From a virus: a DNA stretch of 39,449 nt. This document shows positions 14,300 through 20,807 of the stretch, in pieces. The number at the start of each line of letters is the position of its first letter. The first letter of the stretch is position 1. The DNA lies in IMG/VR virus record IMGVR_UViG_3300045988_065902; one strand, 5' to 3'. Below the pieces are notes generated by a model. The model made no database searches. It had not been told where the DNA came from and worked only from the letters and a program-made list of their open reading frames with translations. Position numbers and translations under genes: made by a program.

Positions 14300-14632
14300 A
14301 TGACTGACAGGAAAAGAATGGCGCCGCGCGTGCTTGAATACAAGCTGACGGCGGCGTTAAGAACGCTACGGGAAGTCACGCAGGCTTTGGAATCGGTGCT
14401 GGAGAGCCGAGGCGGTGAGGGCTGGCATAGCTACGACAAAACCGACGCGGGGACGCACCCGGCAAAGGACGGGGGATACCTTGTGACGCTTAAGGGGCCG
14501 ACCGGGCATCTAAGCGTAGAGGTCAGGCCGTTCGAATCGGGTAAAGGTTTTGCGGGCGACTGGAGTCGTTACAGCGTTCAGGCGTGGCGGCTCATTCCGA
14601 CGCCTTACGAACCCGAGGAGACTGAAGCATGA
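14300..14632 (+). CDS. Hypothetical protein, 110 aa
   Basis: AGGAGAA precedes the ATG. The stop overlaps the next start. Confidence 0.55.
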   Translation: MTDRKRMAPRVLEYKLTAALRTLREVTQALESVLESRGGEGWHSYDKTDAGTHPAKDGGYLVTLKGPTGHLSVEVRPFESGKGFAGDWSRYSVQAWRLIPTPYEPEETEA

Positions 14633-14859
14633 CAACCTACAAAATCGAAATAGACGGGCAAAGGGCGGTAGACCTCGTGACGGCGCTAAGATGCGCCGGG
14701 CTGGACGATTTGGCCGACGACATAGACCGACAGATTCACGAGCAACGTGCTCAGGCCGTGCGGACGCTTTGGATGCAGGGGGCGCCGAAAGCCTGCAAAA
14801 GCGCAGAAAGCCAAAGGATCGACGACTTTTTTAAGTCTGTTTTCGGGGGGCGGGTATGA
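14629..14859 (+). CDS. Hypothetical protein, 76 aa
   Basis: ATGA-coupled at both ends. Confidence 0.5.
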   Translation: MTTYKIEIDGQRAVDLVTALRCAGLDDLADDIDRQIHEQRAQAVRTLWMQGAPKACKSAESQRIDDFFKSVFGGRV

Positions 14860-15209
14860 ACGCTAGTCCGCGATTTGACGAGCCGTATGACGTCCCATCG
14901 GGCTACTTTGACGAAGAACTCTTATTACTCGAAGCCGTGCGCCGGGCGGCGGACGATACGCGCGAAACAGCGCTTATTATGGACGCCTACGACGCCCGCC
15001 GGATGCTGACGCAGATTGTCGCCGGTGAAGGCACCCGTGAAACGTTTCTAGCGCTGATTCGGCTTTGCACGTGCTCCGAGATCAAACAGGCCAATGACGA
15101 TACGATTACGGGCGGGATGGCACGTGTAGCCGATCGCGTGAAGTCCGCTTTACGCGCGAATGAACGTAGCATTACCCACGAAGCCGGTCGAGACCGGCAA
15201 AGGGGCTGA
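14856..15209 (+). CDS. Hypothetical protein, 117 aa
   Basis: ATGA-coupled start; ORF in the operon frame series. Confidence 0.5.
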   Translation: MNASPRFDEPYDVPSGYFDEELLLLEAVRRAADDTRETALIMDAYDARRMLTQIVAGEGTRETFLALIRLCTCSEIKQANDDTITGGMARVADRVKSALRANERSITHEAGRDRQRG

Positions 15210-15441
15210 GGTGAGATACAGCATTGAAACGGTGTTTGAGGTCACGGACGAGGCCGGGCACAAGTACGTCATCAAATTCTTTCCGTTAAATTTTTGGTTC
15301 TTATACCGAATCGACGCGACGGGCAAGCTCGGAGAGCTTGAGGACGCAGGGCGCTGGCACGATGAGGCGGACATTACGCTGGAAACGGCTCGGGCCATCG
15401 TTGACGAGTTCAGAGAATCACGCACACTGGGGGCAGCATGA
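15160..15441 (+). CDS. Hypothetical protein (93 aa; may instead start at the in-frame GTG at 15211)
   Basis: The ORF continues the operon. The GTG at 15211 lies just after the upstream stop, while the ATG at 15160 would overlap it by 50 nt. Confidence 0.45.
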   Translation: MNVALPTKPVETGKGAEVRYSIETVFEVTDEAGHKYVIKFFPLNFWFLYRIDATGKLGELEDAGRWHDEADITLETARAIVDEFRESRTLGAA

Positions 15442-15722
15442 CGATGATCAGGGTCGCAAACCAAAATTTTACGGTGTGGAAGGAGATCACGAAGGGCCGA
15501 AAAGAGCGCCTGCAAAACCTGCCTGAGTACGGCGAGCGCGTCTTACTCGAATTCCGCACGACGCCCGCCCAGCCGGTGCCGTTTCGAGCCTTCGGCAAGC
15601 TCGTGCGCATGAATATCGACGACGGTCCGGCGTTTCTTTTGGAGCTGTACGGCCGCTTTGTGAGTGCTCGAAAGGTCGCGCGATATGCTCAGCGACCGGA
15701 GGACGTCAATGCAGCTTACTGA
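15438..15722 (+). CDS. Hypothetical protein, 94 aa
   Basis: ATGA-coupled start. Confidence 0.5.
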   Translation: MTMIRVANQNFTVWKEITKGRKERLQNLPEYGERVLLEFRTTPAQPVPFRAFGKLVRMNIDDGPAFLLELYGRFVSARKVARYAQRPEDVNAAY

Positions 15723-16140
15723 AATCCTGAGGTTTACCGTTGCCGGGAAGCCGGTCGGGAAGGCCCGCCCGCGCTTTACCCGGCGAGGGTTCGCCTACAC
15801 GCCGGAGAAGACTGTCCGATATGAGGCCGCCGTCCGCGCCGCCTGCATCGAGGCCATGAAGGCGCAGGGCGTTCAAAAGCGCGTCGGGGTGCCGCTTGCG
15901 ATTAAGTGCGAATTCTTTTTCGAGCCGCCGAAGTCGTGGAGCAAAAAGCGCCGCACCGAGGCCGCCGATTTGGCGCCGTACGACCAAAAGCCTGACGGCG
16001 ACAACCTCCTGAAGATCGTCAAGGACGCACTAAATGGCGTCGCTTACGATGACGATAAGCGCATATGCTCAGAAACCGCGATAAAGCTGTATTCTGTCGC
16101 GAGCCTAGCAGACATAACGCTTTACGAGGTCACACGCTAA
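15709..16140 (+). CDS. rusA: RusA-family Holliday junction resolvase
   Basis: FTVAGKPVGKARPRFTRRG.AYTPEKT..YE, PDGDNLLKIVKDALNGVAYDDD. GGAGGA precedes the ATG at 15709. Confidence 0.85.
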   Translation: MQLTEILRFTVAGKPVGKARPRFTRRGFAYTPEKTVRYEAAVRAACIEAMKAQGVQKRVGVPLAIKCEFFFEPPKSWSKKRRTEAADLAPYDQKPDGDNLLKIVKDALNGVAYDDDKRICSETAIKLYSVASLADITLYEVTR

Positions 16141-16565
16141 TGCCGCGATATATCGTCCTGCAAATCCCGACCGATTTCGCCGCCTTGGACAAACGTTTGG
16201 AGATTTGGGGCCGCGTCGTCAAAGACCGCCCGCATTACCAAGAAACGGTGCTTTATCGGCACATGAAACTTTTCGGGAAGGACGATCAACGGCGCTGGCC
16301 GGACGATGCGGAGGCCGAGGCCCGGGCGCTCTCGCGCGGGGATTACGCAGAAGGCTGGCTGATTGATGCCGCGTGGCAGAGCATGAAGGACGCACGATCG
16401 AAAGACCTGCTACTGGCGTGGTACGTCTACAGCGTGCGAGACAGGGCGCTTTTAGGGCGCCTTCTCAGCGTCAACCTGCGCACGATTCAGGAGCGCTTAC
16501 GGCAGGCACTCGAACAAATTCAGGCGGCCATATATCGAGCCGAGGGCCGTAATCCGTACGATTAA
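16140..16565 (+). CDS. Q-like late-gene antiterminator (Phage_antitermQ-type)
   Basis: LEIWGRVV near the N-terminus and DAAWQSM......LLLAWYVYS.....LGRLLSVNLRTIQERLRQALEQI resemble phage 21/82-type Q. It sits directly before a promoter-leader-terminator unit and terS. Confidence 0.6.
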   Translation: MPRYIVLQIPTDFAALDKRLEIWGRVVKDRPHYQETVLYRHMKLFGKDDQRRWPDDAEAEARALSRGDYAEGWLIDAAWQSMKDARSKDLLLAWYVYSVRDRALLGRLLSVNLRTIQERLRQALEQIQAAIYRAEGRNPYD

Positions 16566-16578
16566 ATCGTACGTTTTA
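16555..16578 (+). terminator. Hairpin/terminator overlapping the Q stop codon
   Basis: CGTACGAT-taa-ATCGTACG (perfect 8 bp; the loop is the stop codon) followed by TTTT. Confidence 0.55.
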
Positions 16579-16603
16579 AATTAGTCTTCTGAGGGACGGG
16601 GCC

Positions 16604-16611
16604 TGTATAAT
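16604..16611 (+). promoter_or_regulatory. Late promoter candidate with an extended -10 (TGTATAAT)
   Basis: TGnTATAAT at 16604-16611. It is the only strong promoter-like element between Q and terS. Confidence 0.55.
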
Positions 16612-16652
16612 GCGTTATGGAAAATTGGAAGCTGTGTATCAGCGGGTGGAAT

Positions 16653-16673
16653 GCAGGCTGTGGCCTGCGTTTT
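16653..16673 (+). terminator. First, weaker terminator-like hairpin in the late leader
   Basis: GCAGGC-tgtg-GCCTGC followed by gTTTT, about 40 nt after the predicted start site. Confidence 0.35.
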
Positions 16674-16758
16674 CGCACCCGACAGAATCGCAGCGCCTAG
16701 CTTTCCGGTGGTTTTCTGATATTCTGAAACTCCGTATTGGAATGGTTCTCCGATTTAA

Positions 16759-16793
16759 GCCATCAGGAAGCTCCCTCCTGATGGCCTTTTTTT
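16759..16793 (+). terminator. Strong rho-independent terminator ending the late leader (tR'-like)
   Basis: GCCATCAGGA-7 nt-TCCTGATGGC (10 bp) followed by cT7. The U-tract abuts the terS ATG at 16794. Confidence 0.8.
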
Positions 16794-17207
16794 ATGGCCG
16801 AAAATACTCATCCCAAAAATGGCGAAAGAATACCGAAGCCGTTAGGACGTAGACCGATTGAAATCGACCTGAAGAAGGTTGAGGAGTACGCGCAAGTCTG
16901 CGACAATGAGGAGGAAATCGCCCTTGCGTTGGGGATTTCTCAGGACACGTTGACGCGCCGCAAGCAGAACTATGCGGAATTTGCGGCCGCGATTAAAAGA
17001 GGTAAGGCCAAGGCAAATGTGTTCGTCGGCGGCAAGCTGATGGATCAAATCAAGAACGGAAACATTGCCGCGACGATTTTCTATCTTAAGTCGCGATGCG
17101 GGTGGAAGGAAACTCAGCGCCTAGAAGGCGATTTGACCACAACAGCGAAACCGCCCGAGGGCTTGCAGGATATTTACAACGCGCTGGCCCGCGGGACCAA
17201 GCAATGA
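16794..17207 (+). CDS. terS: Terminase small subunit
   Basis: HTH-type N-terminus (EEIALALGISQDTLTRRKQNYAEFAAAIKRGKAKA) and ...AATIFYLKSRCGWKE, typical of small terminases. ATGA-coupled to terL. Confidence 0.75.
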   Translation: MAENTHPKNGERIPKPLGRRPIEIDLKKVEEYAQVCDNEEEIALALGISQDTLTRRKQNYAEFAAAIKRGKAKANVFVGGKLMDQIKNGNIAATIFYLKSRCGWKETQRLEGDLTTTAKPPEGLQDIYNALARGTKQ

Positions 17208-19366
17208 CAACCAATAGCGCCGACCCATTCGTCGAACTGTACAGGCCGCACCGATACAAGGTGTTTTACGGGGGGCGAGGCAGTGGCAAGAGCTGGGCAG
17301 TCGCACGCGCGCTAATCGCCATGGCTGATTTCGGGCGGGTGCGCATTTTGTGCTGCCGTGAGGTGCAGAACTCTATCCGCGATTCGTCGTATCAGACGCT
17401 GAAAGACACAGCGGAGCGCATGGGCTTATTTGACCGGTTCGACTTCAAAGAGTCTGAGATAGAGCATAAGCGTACCGGAAGCCGCTTTATCTTCTCGGGC
17501 CTCTTGCGTAATGAGAACTCGATTAGGTCAAAGGAAGGCATTGATATTTGCTGGATTGAGGAGGCATCATCCGTTTCGCGCAAATCGTGGGACGTGCTGA
17601 TTCCGACCATCCGCAAACCCGGGTCAGAGTTGTGGCTGACGTTCAACCCGCTCACGGTCGACGACCCAACGAATGATTTCCTAGAGACACCGCCCCCGGG
17701 CGCCTACGTTCGCAAGGTCAACTATACGGACAACCCGTATTTCCCTGAAGTCCTTCGGGAGCAGATGGAATGGGACAAGGCGAACGATTACGAGAAGTAT
17801 CAGCACATTTGGGAGGGCTTCCCGCTCACCATCAGCGGGGCGCAGATTTTCCGCGGCAAGTACGTCGTCGAGTCGATTCCGGACGATCTTTGGCAACAGG
17901 CAGACCGGCTGTTTTTCGGCGCCGACTTCGGTTTTGCGCGTGACCCGTCGACGCTCGTTCGGTGCTTCATATTGGATAATCGCCTGTATATTGACTATGA
18001 GGCGTATGGCGTCGGCGTTGAAATCGACGAGTTGCCTCAGCTGTATCGCTCGGTGCCCGAGTCGACGAAATGGCCGATTAAGGCGGACTGCGCCCGGCCT
18101 GAGACAATCAGCTATCTGAAACGCCACGGGTTCAACATCGAGGGCGCCGAGAAATGGCCGGGGAGCATCGAGGAAGGCATTAGCTTTATTCGAAGCTTCG
18201 ATAAGGTCGTTATCGACCCGCGATGTGTGCACACGGCGGACGAGTTCAGGCTGTACTCGTACAAAACGGATAGACTGACTGGCGAGGTTCTGCCGGTCGT
18301 CTTAGACAAAAACAACCACTGCATAGCAGAAGGGGCATTGATTAGGACAATCAATGGCGATGTTCCTATTGAAAGAATCAAGGTCGGCGACTTGGTTTTG
18401 ACAAGGATGGGATTTAAGCGGGTTTTGGCTAGTGCGATTACTGGCGAAAACAGAGAAGTCCTAGAAATAACAACTGGTTCAGAGGTGTTAAAATGTACCG
18501 CAGAGCATCGAATCTTTACAAAGAATCGAGGCTTTGTTGAGGCACAAAATTTAACTACTCAGGACGTGTTGTTATGCCTAAAGCAGAAACCATTATTTAC
18601 GACGGGAAGCGCTGGAACAGATATCCGGAATCAGAAAGGCGAAGCGACAGAGCTTATTTCAAGCGATCTGTTACCGGCGGGGCAATATGGTTGCACAGAT
18701 ACATTTGGGAGAAAGCTAACGGAGCAATCCCGAAAGGCGCGCATATCCATCACAAAGATGGGAACACGCTTAATAACGATCTGTCAAACCTTGAGTGCCT
18801 TACGCCGAAGGCTCATAGAAAAAACCATCCCATTGTCGGTGAAGCTCGTGAAAGACAGCTTAAGCACCTCGAAGGCATCAGAGAGAAAACGAAAGCCTGG
18901 CACGCTTCTAAGGAAGGACACGAATGGCACAAGGCGCACGCTAAAGCACACCACTGGGGGGTTTTTGACTTACCGGAGAAGAAGTGCGCCCATTGTGGGA
19001 AAATCTTTAAGCCTAAAACATATCGCGGAAAGTTCTGCTCAAACGCGTGTAAATCGGCGTGGCGGAGAGATCAAGGACTTGATAACGTCGAAAGGATTTG
19101 CGCTCAATGCGGAAAGGGTTTTACCTGCAACAAGTACAGCAAACATCGTTTTTGTTCTAAAAGCTGTGCGAGGCGTTACGAAGGTATGCAAAAAAGAAAA
19201 ACGGGTTTATGACCTAACAATTGAAGGTCAGCCGGAGTTTTTCGCAAATGGAATTTTGGTTCACAACTGTATCGATGGAATCAGGTATTCCCTGGCAGAT
19301 TACATAAAGGCACGAGGCTATGGCTTCAAAATCTCGGAAGACGAAACGCCCGACCTCTGGCTTTGA
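17204..19366 (+). CDS. terL: Terminase large subunit (PBSX/Terminase_3-like) precursor interrupted by an intein; the spliced product would be 404 aa
   Basis: Walker A YGGRGSGKSWA, then CCREVQNS and WIEEA (Walker B region). The nuclease motif DKNNH|...|CIDGIRY is split by the intein. The true start is the ATG at 17204, not the track start at 17096. Confidence 0.9.
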   Translation: MTTNSADPFVELYRPHRYKVFYGGRGSGKSWAVARALIAMADFGRVRILCCREVQNSIRDSSYQTLKDTAERMGLFDRFDFKESEIEHKRTGSRFIFSGLLRNENSIRSKEGIDICWIEEASSVSRKSWDVLIPTIRKPGSELWLTFNPLTVDDPTNDFLETPPPGAYVRKVNYTDNPYFPEVLREQMEWDKANDYEKYQHIWEGFPLTISGAQIFRGKYVVESIPDDLWQQADRLFFGADFGFARDPSTLVRCFILDNRLYIDYEAYGVGVEIDELPQLYRSVPESTKWPIKADCARPETISYLKRHGFNIEGAEKWPGSIEEGISFIRSFDKVVIDPRCVHTADEFRLYSYKTDRLTGEVLPVVLDKNNHCIAEGALIRTINGDVPIERIKVGDLVLTRMGFKRVLASAITGENREVLEITTGSEVLKCTAEHRIFTKNRGFVEAQNLTTQDVLLCLKQKPLFTTGSAGTDIRNQKGEATELISSDLLPAGQYGCTDTFGRKLTEQSRKARISITKMGTRLITICQTLSALRRRLIEKTIPLSVKLVKDSLSTSKASERKRKPGTLLRKDTNGTRRTLKHTTGGFLTYRRRSAPIVGKSLSLKHIAESSAQTRVNRRGGEIKDLITSKGFALNAERVLPATSTANIVFVLKAVRGVTKVCKKEKRVYDLTIEGQPEFFANGILVHNCIDGIRYSLADYIKARGYGFKISEDETPDLWL
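18320..19267 (+). mobile_element. Intein 1 (316 aa) in terL
   Basis: Starts CIAEGALIRTINGDVPIERIKVGDLV (block A). Block B is KCTAEHRIFT. The C-terminus is VYDLTIEGQPEFFANGILVHN followed by the +1 Cys (19268). The central roughly 210 codons in this frame show no endonuclease motif. Confidence 0.85.
18574..19212 (+). CDS. HNH homing endonuclease with two C-terminal CxxC...FCSxxC zinc-ribbon repeats, encoded in a different frame inside intein 1
   Basis: WLHRYIWEKANGAIPKGAHIHHKDGNTLNNDLSNLECLTPKAHRKNH is a canonical HNH. The zinc repeats are CAHCGKIF...FCSNAC and CAQCGKGF...FCSKSC. An in-frame TGA lies at 18538-18540, and there is a weak AGGA 9 nt before the ATG. Confidence 0.8.
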   Translation: MPKAETIIYDGKRWNRYPESERRSDRAYFKRSVTGGAIWLHRYIWEKANGAIPKGAHIHHKDGNTLNNDLSNLECLTPKAHRKNHPIVGEARERQLKHLEGIREKTKAWHASKEGHEWHKAHAKAHHWGVFDLPEKKCAHCGKIFKPKTYRGKFCSNACKSAWRRDQGLDNVERICAQCGKGFTCNKYSKHRFCSKSCARRYEGMQKRKTGL

Positions 19367-20807
19367 GGTCACCGGCGAATATGACGGCTCCTCAACGGTG
19401 GTAGACGCTATCCCGCAAGAGAAAGACATTCGCGAACTACTCAAGCCCGCGCGGTCACTCGCAGGGTCAAAAGCGCACTACAAACAGCTAGACGGCGCTA
19501 TGGACGCGGCTTTTGCGGGCGGCATTGTGCCTAAATTCGAATGGTCAGCGATCTCAAGCCTTGTCAGCTTTGTCGGCTACGGCGTTTTGCAACAGCTTTC
19601 GCAAGACGCGCTCATTCGCCTGTGCATTCAAACCCGCACAGATGAGATGCTGCGGGCGTGGATTGAAATCAAGTGCGACGACGACAAGCGCAAGAAGGCA
19701 CTTGAGGAAGAGATTGTCCGGATCGGCTTGCGCGATACGCTTTACAAAGCGCTCACGACCATGGGCATGATGGGTGGCGCCTTCGTGTTTATCGACACGG
19801 GGCACGCCAAGCCGGATGAAGTACTCAATAAGACATCACGCTCGACGGAGCTTAAAGACCGCGTATCGTTCCGCGTGATTGATCCGATCTTCACGACGCC
19901 GCAGAGCTTTAACGCGTCTGACCCGCTGAAAGAAGACTTTTACAAACCCGCGGTGTTCTACATCATGGGCACGGCGGTGCATACGTCGCGCCTGATCCGA
20001 CTTGTTGAGAACGAGGTACCGGACTTACTCAAGCCGTCGTATAACTTCTTCGGCATCGCTCAGGCGCAGTTGCTTTCGGACTACGTGACGCACTTCCGCA
20101 AGAACCGCGAGGAAGTAAATACGCTTCTTACAAAGTTCTCGACGAGCTTCATTAAGACCGATTTGGGCGCTCAGCTCTTTGCCCGTAAGTCGTGGCAACC
20201 GGTGAGCGACCGCGTGAAGTTCTTTGCGAAGTTCCGAGACAATAGCGGCGTCGGCCTTCTCGATAAGGACAAAGAAGACTTCGTGCAGGTCAACACGCCG
20301 ATTACGGGCCTCACTGACATTGTGCGCCAGTCGCTTGAGTTCGTCGTGTCCGTCAACCAAAGCGGTGTAGTGAAGACGCTCGGGCTGTCGCCTTCGGGCT
20401 TTAATGCTACGGGCGAGAGCGACATTAAGTTGCAGGCCGACTTAATCGCCACGCGGCAGGAGAAGATTCTGCGCCGCCCGCTTGAGGAGATACTGCGCAT
20501 TTTGCAGATCAATCTCTTTGGTGACATTGATCCTAGTTTGAGCTTTGAATTCTGTTCGCTGGACGAAGACGACGAGCGCACGACGGCGGAGGTCAAGAAG
20601 ATGATGGCCGACACGGCCGCCGTTTACCTTGACCGCGGCGTGCTCTCAGAGGACGAAGTCCGCGCGGCGTTGAGTAATGCCAAGGATCATCCGTATGGCG
20701 ATCTTGAGGGTGAAGCCCCCGGGGCGCCGGAAGACCCGTTCGGGCAAATGAGCAGCACGACTACGGAGGAGCGCGATGACATCGACAAGGCGGGCGCCGT
20801 CTACTGA
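19320..20807 (+). CDS. Portal protein
   Basis: 495-aa ORF directly after terL, with an acidic C-terminus. The position and size are typical. The family (DUF1073-like) is recalled from sequence character only. Confidence 0.7.
   Translation: MASKSRKTKRPTSGFEVTGEYDGSSTVVDAIPQEKDIRELLKPARSLAGSKAHYKQLDGAMDAAFAGGIVPKFEWSAISSLVSFVGYGVLQQLSQDALIRLCIQTRTDEMLRAWIEIKCDDDKRKKALEEEIVRIGLRDTLYKALTTMGMMGGAFVFIDTGHAKPDEVLNKTSRSTELKDRVSFRVIDPIFTTPQSFNASDPLKEDFYKPAVFYIMGTAVHTSRLIRLVENEVPDLLKPSYNFFGIAQAQLLSDYVTHFRKNREEVNTLLTKFSTSFIKTDLGAQLFARKSWQPVSDRVKFFAKFRDNSGVGLLDKDKEDFVQVNTPITGLTDIVRQSLEFVVSVNQSGVVKTLGLSPSGFNATGESDIKLQADLIATRQEKILRRPLEEILRILQINLFGDIDPSLSFEFCSLDEDDERTTAEVKKMMADTAAVYLDRGVLSEDEVRAALSNAKDHPYGDLEGEAPGAPEDPFGQMSSTTTEERDDIDKAGAVY

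Noticed and set aside
16610-16852. 80-aa ORF in the late leader.
   Set aside because: It starts within the -10 element, has no SD, and reads through two terminators into terS out of frame. The region is better explained as a non-coding leader.
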